Below are positions 1 through 17,974 of a stretch of 64,000 nt of DNA, piece after piece. Under the pieces are notes generated by a model. It had not been told where the DNA came from, did no database searches, and saw only the letters and a list, made by a program, of their open reading frames with translations. The DNA lies in assembly GCF_009914755.1 (NCBI RefSeq), contig NC_060925.1; one strand, written 5' to 3'. The DNA comes from the human T2T-CHM13v2.0 reference genome, Homo sapiens. A program made the translations under genes and the position numbers. Each line of letters opens with the position of its first letter. Position 1 is the first letter of the stretch.

Positions 1-996
1 GGGTAGGGGAGGGAGGAAGAGGAGGGGAGAGGGTAGGGAGGGAGAGGAGGGGAGAAGGGAGGGGACGCAGGGAGGGGAGAGGAAAGAGGAGGGAGGGGAG
101 AGGGGAGGGAGGGGAGCGGGTAGGGGAGGGAAGGAGGGGAAATGGTATGGGAGGGAGGGAGGGGAGAGGGTAGGGGAGAGAGGGAGCAGAGGGGAAAGGG
201 TAGGGGAGGGAAGGAAGGGAGAGGGTAGGGGAGGTAGGGAGGGAGGGGAGAGGGTAGGGGAGGGGAGAGGGTAGGGGAGGGAAGGAGGGGAGACGGTAGA
301 GGAGGGAGGAGGGGAGAGGGTAGGGGAGGGAGGAAGAGGAGGGGAGAGGGTAGGGAGGGAGGGAGAGGAGAGGGGAGGGAGGGGAGGAGGGGAGAGGGTA
401 GGGAGGGAGGGGAGGAGGGGAGAGGGTAGGGAGGGAGGGAGAGGAGAGGGGAGGGAGGGAGGGGAGGAGGGGAGAGGGTAGGGAGGGAGGGAGAGGAGAG
501 GGGAGGGAGGGAGGGGAGGAGGGGAGAGGGTAGGGAGGGAGGGAGAGGAGGGGAGAGGGTAGGGGAGGGAAGGAGGAGAGAGGGTAGAGGAGGGAGGAGG
601 GGAGAGGGGAGGGGAGGGAGGAAGAGGAGGGGAGAGGGTAGGGAGGGAGAGGAGAGGGGAGGGAGGGGAGGAGGGGAGAGGGTAGGGAGGGAGGGAGAGG
701 AGGAGGGAGGGAGGGGAGGAGGGGAGAGGGTAGGGAGGGAGGGAGAGGAGAGGGGAGGGAGGGAGGGGAGGAGGGGAGAGGGTAGGGAGGGAGGGAGAGA
801 GGAGGGAGGGAGGGCAGGAGGGGAGAGGGTAGGGAGGGAGGGCAGGAGGGGAGAGGGTAGGGAGGGAGGGGAGGAAGGGAGAGGGTAGGGAGGGGAGGAG
901 GGGAGAGGGTAGGGAGGGAGAGGAGGGGAGAGGGTAGGGGAGGGAGGGAGTGAGGGTAGGGAGGGAGCGAGGGGAGAGGGTAGGGGAGGGAGAGGA
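1..996 (+). repeat. GA-rich polypurine low-complexity tract (GGGAG/GGGTAG units), truncated by the window edge
   Basis: About 1 kb almost entirely G/A, with recurring GAGGGTAGGG. Confidence 0.95.
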
Positions 997-1604
997 GAGC
1001 TGCATCTGCAGTAATGTGTGTGGGGGTGAGAACCATCACCGAGTGGCTTTCGCTAAGTTGAATGAAATCCATTTTGAATCACTGCATTCATTGAAATCCC
1101 ATGTGAGCCAACTGTCCCTTACATGCCCTTCCTCACTTAGGCCTTCGGCAGCCCTCAGGGTCACCCGAAGGCCCTGCCAGGCCCAGAGCTTTCTGCTCTG
1201 CAGGAAAGGTAGAGTGCTGGGTGGGAGTGGCCGACACCTTGTCCTCCCAGTCGGCCTGCGAGGTCCACAGGTGCAAGGGACTACACAGCCTTCCCCAGTC
1301 TCAACCTGGGAGCCCTGGATGGGTTCCGGCCAGGCCAGCAGCCTGGGGAGCTCCTGCCTCTCGGGGTCAGGCTGGACCAAGGGCACTGTGACCCCCCCCG
1401 ATGGGGGTGGCCTTGGGCCCCCATGCACATTGGCCATGGATCCTTCCTTGGCCCTGCTCGGGTCTGAGGGTCAGGTTCACTCCCGCCCCTGTTCTCCGGG
1501 TTGAAACCCTGTGGTTAAGGGTGGGCAGAGCCAGACACCCCAGGGGTAAATGCAGGTGGCGTGGAGCTCCTGCTTCCCAGCCTGCATGTGGGGCCCACAC
1601 CCAC

Positions 1605-1881
1605 CTTTCCTGGCCACACGGTCCCCACTGAGGGCGAGATGGTGATAGGCGAGTCTGGGGGCAGCAGGAACTCGAAAGACGTGGGCCTCATGGGAGAGGC
1701 GTCCTCTGAGCCAATGCGGGGCTTGGAGTGGGTCGGTGAGCTCATGCTCAGGTGAGAGTTGATGACGTACACTGTAGCCACGGAGGTGTCGTATAGGGCC
1801 GTGGCGGCAAACTTGATCTGGTAGTGGGACAGCTCCAGGGGTGGGTGGACGCCTACAGCCCGGCAAGACAGCTTGAAGCAC
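1605..1881 (-). CDS. CFAP74: CFAP74 coding exon 25 (277 nt, c.3012-3288)
   Basis: ttgcag|GTGCTT...GAAAG|gtgggt; RCFKLSCRAVGVHPPLELSHYQIKFAATALYDTSVATVYVINSH...VGTVWPGK. Confidence 0.93.
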
Positions 1882-2099
1882 CTGCAAGCAGCAGCATGGG
1901 AGGCCCTCAGCCGTGCAGGGCGTCCGTGTCCCTCTGCGGCAGGCGCGGGGGCCACTGGGTGGAGGACAAGCCCCGGGGGGGGCTCACAGGGACATGCACG
2001 TTCCTGCTGCCCAGGGGGTCACTGCGCCGCTGACAAGTTTCGAAAATACAGCGTATCCTTGTGCACATTTGAGGTGGGTGGCTAAAAATTTTAAACCGT

Positions 2100-5450
<3,351 letters not shown>

Positions 5451-5739
5451 AACTAGAAGCTTCCCACGAGGTGCTGCTCTGACAGCCCGCAGGCCTCAAA
5501 CCTGATGGGTCCAACATGGAGCCTTTGGTGGTGCCCATGAGGATCAGTCACAAAAATACCCAGGCTGAGGGGAGACAAGCAAAATCCAGACCAGCAGCAG
5601 GGGTCTGAGGCCACCGGCATGAGGTCCCGGTCTGCATGGGGCTCTCCAAGTTTCAGCACTCAAAGTCCTGCGGCCTGAGAAGCCCCTCAGTACTGGGTAC
5701 AGCAGCATGGTGGTCACCCTACATCTGTGCAAGTGTAGA

Positions 5740-6545
5740 AGTGTGTGTATGTGTGAGTGTTAGGGTATAGGTACACACGTGTGTACGTGTGTTAGGCTGT
5801 AGGTACACAGGTGTATACGTGGGTGTTAGGTTGTAGGTACACAGGTGTATACGTGGGTGTTAGGTTGTAGGTACACAGGTGTATACGTGGGTGTTAGGTT
5901 GTAGGTACACAGGTGTATACGTGGGTGTTAGGTTGTAGGTACACACATGTGTATGTGTGTGTTAGGTTGTAGGTACACACGTGTGTACATGTGTGTTGTA
6001 GGTACACATGTGTGTATGTATTAGGTTGTAGGTACACAGGTGTGTATGTGTGTTAGGTTGTAGGTACACAGGTGTATACGTGGGTGTTAGGTTGTAGGTA
6101 CACAGGTGTATACGTGGGTGTTAGGTTGTAGGTACACACATGTGTACGTGGGTGTTAGGTTATAGGTACACGTGTGTATGTGTGTGTGTTAGGTTGTAGG
6201 TACACACGTGTGTACGTGGGTGTTAGGCTGTAGGTACACAGGTGTGTACGTGGGTGTTAGGCTGTAGGTACACAGGTGTGTACGTGGGTGTTAGGTTGTA
6301 GGTACACACGTGTGTACGTGGGTGTTAGGTTGTAGGTACACACGTGTGTATGTGGGTGTTACGTTGTAGGTACGTGTGTACGTGGGTGTTAGGTTGTAGG
6401 TACACACGTGTATATGTGGGTGTTAGGTTGTAGGTACGTGTGTACGTGGGTGTTAGGTTGTAGGTACACACGTGTGTGCGTGGGTGTTAGGTTGTAGGTA
6501 CACACGTGTGTACGTGGGTGTTAGGTTGTAGGTACACAGGTATGT
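5740..6545. repeat. Minisatellite, ~30-34 bp unit GTGGGTGTTAGGTTGTAGGTACACA(C/G)GTGT(G/A)TAC
   Basis: More than 20 tandem copies visible. Confidence 0.95.
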
Positions 6546-6879
6546 AATGAAAGTGTGACCCCTGGCATTCCTGACAGTGACGGGCTCTGGGGAGGGAGGG
6601 AGAACAAAGCCAGCTCCGACTTGAGGGAGAATGTTTGTTTCTGTAACAACAAAGAGAAATCAGAGGCAAGTAGGATAAAAGTCTAAGATCTGTATTTTGG
6701 GTGGAGGGTACATGATGTTGGCTGAGTTTGTGGGTTATCTGAAAATGGAAGGGAAGAAGAGAGCAGAGGACGCAGAGCTAAGAAAGTTGGGACCTTTTTT
6801 TTTTCAGCACTACACACACACACACACACACGAACTGCAGGGGGCTCTGGAGCCATGGAGTTAGAAAAGCTCTCTGAGA

Positions 6880-7870
<991 letters not shown>

Positions 7871-8809
7871 AAATGTAAAAGTTCAGAAACAAATAATTGC
7901 ACTTGAAAATGAGCAGTAGAAAATGGTCGAATCACAGGTGACATTGTTATGAGACGAGAGAGAATGAGGAGTGGAATTTGTGTAAACGGCGAAGCAAACT
8001 GGGAAGCGTGTTAGGAAGGAATCAAAGGCAGCAGCCTAAGGACTCCACGTGTGCCTCAGAGAGTTCAGAAAGTGATACAGGGTTGGAAACTGCAACATGG
8101 CCGTGATTACGGATGGAACGTGCAAAGCACTGGGCACCAAAGGCGGCTGAGGGAGAGGCGACGGGGCGTTAGCGCCCTGGGGAAGGAGCCAGCGTGGCTT
8201 TTGAAGTGGTCTGGCTGCCTGACTAGCCCAGAGGTGCTGCTGCCCATGAACCCACAACACAGAACAGAGGAACATGTGAACTGACACCACGGGACAGCAT
8301 CGCACCTGTGGCAATTCCACAGGACAAACGCACCTGGCGTCTTCAATAAATACATTTCAAGGACCACAGAGATGGAGGGAGGCCCCAGTGGCCCAGGTCA
8401 GTAGGACCCAAATGTGGGCGATTGTTTGATGAAGGCACAGAGGAATTCAGGGCAGAATGGAATCTTCTCAACAACGAGGCTGGAATAATTGGAAGCCTCT
8501 GCAAAAAAATGAACCTCAACTCGGCTCACATCGGAAACAAAAGCGACCAAAACGGACCACAGACCCGGCTGTGACTGCCCCCCAGTGTCTTGGCCTCTGC
8601 CCCAGAACACATCCCTGGAGACTGACGGTCCCAGCAGCAACAAGAACCCACGCAGGACCACCAGCCACCGCCTGGGGTCCAGTTTCATCTCTCCCTCTCC
8701 ACCACTTCCTTATCCCGCCCTCAGGCTCAGGGAGGTGCAGAGACTGTCTGGTCGCACAAGACCTCAGAGCACGCAGGGATTTACAACACCTGTGTCCAGA
8801 GGGGTGCCT

Positions 8810-9555
8810 TGCACAGCATGCGTGTATACACACATGCACACACACAGTCTCACATAAACGCACTCATACACATGTACACACATGCACTCACGCATGGTCG
8901 CACACTCAAGCACTCACACATACAAGCACTCACATTCAGTCACATGCTCACACATACATGCACTCACACAACCTTACACACCCAACACACACGCACTCAC
9001 ACTCAACCTTACACACCCACATACATGCACTCACATTGTCACATGCTCACACATACATGCACTCACACTCAACCTTACACACCCACATACAAGCACTCAC
9101 ATTCAGTCACATGCTCACACATACATGCACTCACAGTCACATGCTCACACATACAAGCACTCACACTCAACCTTACACACCCACATACATGCACTCACAC
9201 TCAACCTTACACACCCACATACATGCACTCACACACAAGGCACTCTCACACACACACGCTCACTCACATGCAAGCTCACACACCCACCTACGTGTACTCA
9301 CATAGGCACTCACCCCCATACACTCACATACCTGCACTCACACTCCTGCAGGCTCACACACACACTCCCACAGGCTCACACACACACAGGCTCACACTGA
9401 CAAACATGCACTCACACACCCCCATATGCACTCACACCTGCTCCTACAGTGATACGTCTGCGCACACACGTTCACACACACACACAGGCACACTCGCCTG
9501 TCCTCACACACATGCTCATATACATACACACCCACGACACACACAAACACACACG
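8810..9555. repeat. Degenerate CA-rich repeat (CACACTCAACCTTACACACCCACATACATG-type units)
   Basis: Low-complexity CA tract; source of the His/Thr-rich ORFs. Confidence 0.9.
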
Positions 9556-9768
9556 TCTGAGTGGGCCCAGAACTCAAGGCTGCCTGGGTCCCAGGCCTCT
9601 CTGCACCCAGGTTTGAGGTTCCTGCTGGCCGGCAGTGCTGCCCAGCCCAGCCCTGTGGTCAGCCAGGCAGATGGGGTCAGGGGCAGGGATGTGGTGGAGC
9701 TGGGAAGGGGGGCCCCTCCTGAGCGGGCACTCCAGGCCCCCTGCGTCCCCTCTCCCTGGCAGGCTCAC

Positions 9769-9902
9769 CGGTTGATCTCAGACTTGCAGGTCAGTTGGAA
9801 TCTGTGTTCCTCGGCCTTGGTGGGCTGGAAGATCACACAGAACTGCAGCGTTTCCAGGGGCAGGATCGTCCCAAACCCATCGTTGGGTTGGACGTCCACA
9901 AA
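9769..9902 (-). CDS. CFAP74: CFAP74 coding exon 24 (134 nt, c.2878-3011)
   Basis: ttccag|TTTGTG...AACCG|gtgagc; FVDVQPNDGFGTILPLETLQFCVIFQPTKAEEHRFQLTCKSEIN. Confidence 0.94.
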
Positions 9903-9944
9903 CTGGAAATAGAAGAGTGCTCTGAGGGCATGTCACGGGGAGAC

Positions 9945-10145
9945 CATGTGGACACACGTGCGGCAGGGCCGTGAGTGTGAGAGTAAGAGATGAGTGTGAT
10001 CGTGTGTGAGCGAATGTGAGGGTGAGAGTGTCGCTGTCAACGAGTGTGTGTCAGCAAGTGTGTGAGTGTGAGCACATGTGTATGAGTGCATGAGCAATTG
10101 TGAGCATGTGCATGTGTGTGCACGCATATGTGTGTGTGTGCTGGG
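9945..10145. repeat. Degenerate TG-rich repeat
   Basis: GTGTGA/GTGTGC units. Confidence 0.8.
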
Positions 10146-10507
10146 GGGAGAGAGAGGGAGGATGGCGGTGTTGGCGGCGGGGCAGCCCAGGGAAAGGTGA
10201 GGGGTGCCCAGGCTTGGGCCTCGTCCCAGCTACCTTGTGTGGCCCCAGCAGGGGAAAGTTTCAGAAGAAAGAGCGGGGAGAGGGATCTGGAGCGCAGGAG
10301 GTGCACAGGACCGAGGCAGAAGTTGGGCTGCACGCCCAGGGCTGGTGTGCAGGGTGGGGAGGCCCAGGTGTGGAGGGGTGCAGCTGAGAGGCGGAAGTTG
10401 GGCCACATGCCCACGCGTGGGGGACCCTGGAGCAGTGGCCGCTGCATCCTGTCCCCAGGACTTCCCAGCCTCACCCCTCTTACCCCAGGCCTGGCTGCAG
10501 GAGGTAC

Positions 10508-10681
10508 CTTGGGAAGCCTGACGAACCCGAACTCCTGGGGCAGGAGCGAGTGGTTGTGGAGGCTGATTTCCGTCCTGATGGCCTCATAGATGGTGCAGTA
10601 GCCAAAATCCACCTCCGAGGGACTGAGCTCCAGGTCCGAGGTGGTGACAATGGCATGCACGGTGAATCCCACTGGCTTGTT
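10508..10681 (-). CDS. CFAP74: CFAP74 coding exon 23 (174 nt, c.2704-2877)
   Basis: tctcag|AACAAG...CCAAG|gtacct; NKPVGFTVHAIVTTSDLELSPSEVDFGYCTIYE...VRLPK. Confidence 0.94.
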
Positions 10682-11229
10682 CTGAGACATAAAGGGCACA
10701 GGCGCCCTCGCAGCCACTCGGAGACTTACCAAGTGCTCCCCAAACTCTGAGGCGCAACCACTGCTGCTGCCTTGTGGCCATGGCCCACTGTTTCCAGGAC
10801 ACGACGAGGCCGTCTCTTCATAAAACCCACTTCCCTGTGACTGCTCCCTGACATGGCGGGAGGAGCTGCGGGTGGGTGGCAGCTGAGAGCCCGCTGCAGG
10901 TGGAGTGGGGTGCATGTGTCTCTGTGTGCGGCACACATGGGCGCATAGACGTGTGCAGCTGAGTGTGTGGGGCACCCCTCATGTGTGCACATGCAGGTGC
11001 AGGTGCCTGGGACACAGCCCTGCTGGCCTGGATGGGCCTCGGAGGCCTCTCTCTGGCCCATGAGCACCCTCCCAGCAGGCAAGCCCCTCTGGCCGCTAGA
11101 CGCCTCCTGGAAGGCAAGTGAGGATGAGCCCTTTTGGGGGCCCTCGCCCGGGTGCTGGGCCTGGCCTCCCAGGAAAGCCCCTGCTACCCAGGAGCGCCCA
11201 GCATCCCTGGGAAGTGCCCCAACACAGAC

Positions 11230-11317
11230 CTGGTCGGCAACCCATATGGTCATCGGGGCCTCCAGGACTCGGGTCTCCTTGTCAAAATACCTCCCTGCGT
11301 CCTCCGGGAGGGAGTGT
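11230..11317 (-). CDS. CFAP74: CFAP74 coding exon 22 (88 nt, c.2616-2703)
   Basis: tttcag|ACACTC...ACCAG|gtctgt; RHSLPEDAGRYFDKETRVLEAPMTIWVADQ. Confidence 0.93.
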
Positions 11318-11744
11318 CTGAAAGAGGCAGACAAGGCGAATGTGCTTTCCTCTTTCCATTTTGTGAAATGACAATAAGACCCACTGTCACTGGTGCTTCT
11401 ACATCCCGTGAGAGCTACGGCGTCTCTGGAACATCAGCGCTGGGAGACGCATCACGCCGCCCTCCTGCTCTCGCACAGAACCCACGAGCACGTGGCCCCT
11501 GTGGCCCCGTGAGGGCTCTGGCGTGTCTAAGTAGCCAGTCACTCCCGGGAGCAACACAAGTGACTGTGGCTCAAAAGCTGTGTTTAAATAAACAGGAATA
11601 AATTCAATAGCCATGTTTCAAATTAATATGGAGTTTGCATCGTAAAGGAATCCTAAAAAGCCCTTTAAAAATGCATTTTCACTTTAATCAGAGCTTGATC
11701 TCTGATTACATAAGTTAACGTTGTTAAAGAACTATCAGGAAAAG

Positions 11745-12344
<600 letters not shown>

Positions 12345-12941
12345 TCACCTGGCAAAAGCAGAGACCAGGGGATGCAGCCAGCAGGCCTGGGAAGAGCCTT
12401 GGATTAGACGAGGGACAGCTGGGTGACAGGGACACCCTCAAGACACAGGTAAAGGAGCAAATGTCAGGTGTGCACTGAGCTTGAAACAGAACCCCAGGGA
12501 GTTACTGGGAAAGGGATGAAGACAGGGAAGACAGCGGGGGAGTGCACGGACCGCAGGGTACCCGTAGCAAGCCAGAGCCTTATCCTGGGCCACCTTATCC
12601 CGGCAGGTAGCAGACCCTCAGTGGCCATGAGAGCCACCGGCCATGCATGGGAGACACGCAGCCTCCCAGTCTTTTCAACAACGAGGCTGGAATAATTGGA
12701 AACCTCTGTACAAAAAAATGAACTTCAACTCGGCTCACATCTTAAACAAAAGCAACCAAAACGGACCACAGACCCAGCTGTGACTGCCCCCCAGCGTCAT
12801 GGCCTCTGCCCCAGAACACATCCCTGGAGGCTGATGATCCCGGCAGCAATGAGAACAGAGGAGTGGCCAGTGGCGAGGAGCGCCTCGGAGCCCACAACCT
12901 CCCACGTCCTCCTGTCCCGGCCTTGGCATCCTGGCACCTAC

Positions 12942-13070
12942 CGCGGCAGGAACTTGAGCTGCACGGAGTAGGACGACTGTGCCTGGATGTAGCCTGTCTC
13001 GGGCAGGAGCTCCAGGTGGGCCCTCAGCTCCTTGCACACCTCGAACTTCAGGCGCAGGGCAGCTTTCGAC
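12942..13070 (-). CDS. CFAP74: CFAP74 coding exon 21 (129 nt, c.2487-2615)
   Basis: ccacag|GTCGAA...CCGCG|gtaggt; RSKAALRLKFEVCKELRAHLELLPETGYIQAQSSYSVQLKFLP. Confidence 0.93.
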
Positions 13071-14629
13071 CTGTGGGCGTGTCGCAGGGCACTGGGTCAG
13101 GTGCCACAGTCGTGATTCTGTGTGCGCTCAATGCCTGGAGTTATTAAAACATTTCTGGCACCCAAGCCCCCAACAGGTGCTCAGAGCCCACCCACTCCAA
13201 GCCATGCACGTGCACCTCGACAATCGGAGTCCTCAAAGCCCTGCTTTGTAAGGGCTGTTTTTTCTGAAATGAAATCTGATGAAGAATTCTTAAAAATAAC
13301 CACATCGAAACGGAAGCACGGTCCTAATGGGCTCTCGGGAACCAGATGCTTTCCGGGAAGAGCACCTGCCAGGCAGCCCCTGGGTGCGGGGCCCTGGAGG
13401 GGACATGAGGGGTGGAACCCCTCCCTCCAGGGCTCTGCCCGCCTCCTGCCCAGGGCATCCCCACATCCTGCAGCTCAAGCACAGGGCACGTGGGGGGCCT
13501 GGGACGGCCACAGGCCTCGGTTATGACAGCAGCCTCCAACCCAAGACGAGCCTGAGAGAGCCAAGGTACCCGCCAGTCACCTGGGAGGCCATGCGTCTGT
13601 CCGGTCCCTACCTCCGGCTCCCTTAAGCCAACGGCCTCCTCAGGACCACCTGGAGCCTCCCTGTTCCCACAGTGAAGCCTCCCTCCCCTCCCCCGTCTTG
13701 GAGCCTCTGCTAAACAGTGTTGTGGCCGCCCCGCCACAGCTGCCCCGGGCAATCCACGAGGGGGGACCCAGAGGGTGTGGCAGTGAGAAATCTCCTCCCT
13801 GCTGTGCTTCCATGCGACAGTCACCCATGCTGTGGCAGCCTCATCTCCGTCCATCACAGACCTGCCTCTGACCTCTGACCACTACCCAGAGGCCACCCAC
13901 AGTGCGTCTGGGCACGCCAGCCTCTGCACCCCTACTGCTGGGCCCCATGGGAGGCGGGCGCCCGGGTGCTCAGAGACCGCGCCCTCCCCGTCAGGCAGAC
14001 GCTGCTCTGCCTTCCGGTTCCCTTATGGGGCCAGAGTCTATACAAATGAGCACACGGCTACACTGAGGTACACACAACCACAGCCGGAGACCATCCACAG
14101 AGCTGGGCCCCACTCAGCCCTCAATGCCCGACAGACACGCCTGGGCCCTTTCTGTCAAGTTTCCAAGGCCACTGAGAGGCTGTAGTAGGACGATGCCGGA
14201 GGCGAGCAGACTCCACCGCAGACACGCCAACACACGCAGCTGGCTCCCGGGTCACCGCAGGCTGCACATTCCCGGCCCATGCCGGGCCCACAGGAGTCCG
14301 ACAGCAGGAGGGCAGGCGCCGCGGGAGCTGTTCCTACCCAGGTCACCGGGGAGAGGTGGCTGTGCCTGGGGCCGGTGCCCGGGGCCTCTGTGTCCGCACA
14401 CCCTGCTCCTTGGTGCTGGTGGCACAGGGGCTCCGTCATGGAAACCCCGCAGGCCCAGCCTCGCCGTCCCTCTGCGCTTTCCCACCGGCGTGGCTGTTCA
14501 GGGCAGGCTGCTTGCTCTGATGTCTGGAGCCCTTGCCAAACCCTGCAAGTGGAGGCTTCCTCCTCCAGGCTCACCCTGCCTGTGTCCACGAGGGGCTGAG
14601 GACTCTGGCCGGGCCCAGGTGGGCAGTGC

Positions 14630-15060
14630 GTTTCCTGTGGCTGCTGAAAGGATTTGCCCCAAGCTTAGGGGCCCCACAACACAGAGGCACATTCATTCTC
14701 TCCACGTCCTGGAGGTCAGAAGCCAAGACGGAGCTAAGGCCGAGGTGCGGGCAGGGCCGTGCCCTTGTGGCTCTACGGGACAGGTTTCTCCTCTCCTTTC
14801 ACAGCCTCTAGAAGCTGCAGTGTCCCCGGGCTCGGGGCCCTTCCTCCATCTTGGAAGCCGACAGTGCAGTGTCTTCAAATCGGCCTGACTCTGACCCTCC
14901 TGCCTCCCTGTGACGCCTCCCGTGATGACACTGGCGCCTCCCAGATGATCCTGGATCACCCCCCACCAAGGTCCCTCTCCCCAACCACGTCTGCTAAGCC
15001 CCCTCCTTGCCACACAGGATGCCGTTCAGGGCCTGGACAGCAGCCGTGGCAGCCCCAGGT
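14630..15060 (-). mobile_element. MaLR LTR remnant (MLT1-like)
   Basis: tttcctgtggctgctg...attctctccacgtcctggaggtcagaagcc and gactctgaccctcctgcctccc resemble the MLT1 reverse consensus. Confidence 0.6.
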
Positions 15061-15081
15061 GCCATGTCCCCGCTGGCCACT

Positions 15082-15255
15082 GGGGGGCTCACCGCCTGTG
15101 CACAGGCAGGCAGCGGCTCACCCCGTGTGTGTGGGTCACCCCGTGTGCGTGGACAGGAGGGGGCTCACCGCGTGTGCACAGGCAGGCAGCGGCTCACCCC
15201 GTGTGCGTGGGTCACCCCGTGTGCATGGACAGGAGGGGGCTCACCGCGTGTGCAC
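15082..15255. repeat. 76-bp tandem repeat (~2.3 copies) overlapping the donor of coding exon 20
   Basis: GGGGGCTCACCGC(G/C)TGTGCAC recurs with period 76. Confidence 0.9.
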
Positions 15256-15366
15256 GAGCACAGAGTCCTGGTAGAGCCGGTCATACATGCAGATCTTCAG
15301 GTCCACGCTGGGCTTCGGCACCCAGACCGGCAGGTCGATGGCCACGCCCACGACCCTGAAATGCAG
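15245..15366 (-). CDS. CFAP74: CFAP74 coding exon 20 (122 nt, c.2365-2486)
   Basis: atgcag|CTGCAT...ACGCG|gtgagc; LHFRVVGVAIDLPVWVPKPSVDLKICMYDRLYQDSVLVHT. Confidence 0.93.
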
Positions 15367-15436
15367 CTGCATATGGACACAGGAGCTCAGCAACAGGAGT
15401 TCCTTGGGCACAGCAGGCATTGTTGGTGAGCACTGA

Positions 15437-16760
<1,324 letters not shown>

Positions 16761-16774
16761 AACAAAGAACAAAG

Positions 16775-17095
16775 GCTCTGCGTGTGTGCACGTGTGTGTG
16801 TGGGCTCTGCGTGTGTGCATGTGTGTGCATGTGCGTGAGGACTCTGCATGTGTGCACGTGTGTGTGGGGGCTCTGTGTATGTGCGTTTGTGCGTGTGGGG
16901 GGGCTCTGCATGTGTGCATGTGTGCGGGACTGTGTGTGTGCGTGTGTACGTGTGTGTGGGCTCTGCGTGTGTGCATGCGTGCATGTGTATACATGCATGT
17001 TTTTGCATGGGCATGCGTGTATGTGCTCACAGCATGCCTGCCTGTGTATGCCAGTGTGCGTGTGTGCACACTCGTGTGCGTGCGTGTGTTGTAAA
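16775..17095. repeat. Degenerate TG-rich minisatellite (GGCTCTGCGTGTGTGCATGTGT)
   Basis: Visible tandem TG units. Confidence 0.9.
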
Positions 17096-17236
17096 CTGTG
17101 GTGCCAACCATCCGTGCCACCAACTGGCCATCCCTGCGTGGGCAAATGGCGACCTTGTGGCCAAGGGCAGCTGCCACATGAGGCTGTGGAGGCAGGGGCC
17201 AGGGTGTGTGCGTGGCGTGGCAGCAGGAATACTCAC

Positions 17237-17359
17237 CGTGGGGCACTGGGGGTTCTTAAACGTGACTTTGAACCTGGCTTGGACGTCGCCTGGGACGACC
17301 GGAGTGAAGACGATGGGCACCTTGATGGAGCTGAAGGGGCCAATTTCCCCTTCTGTTAC
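17237..17359 (-). CDS. CFAP74: CFAP74 coding exon 19 (123 nt, c.2242-2364)
   Basis: gtgcag|GTAACA...CCACG|gtgagt; VTEGEIGPFSSIKVPIVFTPVVPGDVQARFKVTFKNPQCPT. Confidence 0.93.
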
Positions 17360-17909
17360 CTGCACAGGAAGAGATGCCATGGGGTCTGCCAGGCTTCATG
17401 GCTTTTAAGATCCCTTCCCAACCCTCACAATGGCATGTTGCTGCAAGGATGGAAGGTGGCAGGACCCGTGTCCCTGGGTGGCCACTTGGCCACAGATGTC
17501 CTGGGCCTGGCCCAGCCCTTGGAGGACTTACTGTCGTGGGATCCCAGCCAGTGGAGTTGGAGGCAGCCTGAACTCCTCCACATCCTCCCCCTGCTCATGA
17601 GCTCATGGCCGTGTCCCAGCCAGGGAGGCCGCGGCCAGCATCCACCCCAAGTTTCACCCAGTGCCCCACACCCGGGAAACAATCTGTGGCTTGCGTCCTG
17701 CACAGCCGGAGGCGGTGGCCCCATGCCAGCTGAGATTACAAGAGGCCTGGAGGCTGCAAGTCCCTGGTGGACAAAGTCTGGCCTGTCTCTGGTCAAACGC
17801 AAGGGCCACCTAGCAGTGAGGGCCAGTGGGTTGGGGTGCAGCTGGGGCTGGGGGAAGGTGGGCGGTGTCTTGGATCGTGGCAGCTATTTTAGGGCCTGAG
17901 CTGGCTGAC

Positions 17910-17974
17910 CTCCCCCAGCGTGATCTCCGTCTGCTCTTCGCTGGGAGGTATCACTGTGGTTAATCTCTCTGGTT
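17910..17974 (-). CDS. CFAP74: CFAP74 coding exon 18 (65 nt, c.2177-2241)
   Basis: ttccag|AACCAG...GGGAG|gtcagc; EPERLTTVIPPSEEQTEITLGE; restores phase 1 to phase 0. Confidence 0.88.

Noticed and set aside
1036-1437. Minus-strand 133-aa ORF downstream of exon 25 as a further CFAP74 exon
   Set aside because: No convincing acceptor/donor pair, and no ASH-like or remembered CFAP74 sequence
1686-1688. Arg in SPMRPTSF, where I vaguely recall Gly in a reference or orthologue
   Set aside because: Cannot be verified without a database. A BLASTP or dbSNP lookup would settle it.
8457-9912. His/Thr-rich and Cys/Val-rich ORFs (also at 16655-17899 and 41667-42568)
   Set aside because: Translations of CA/TG low-complexity tracts
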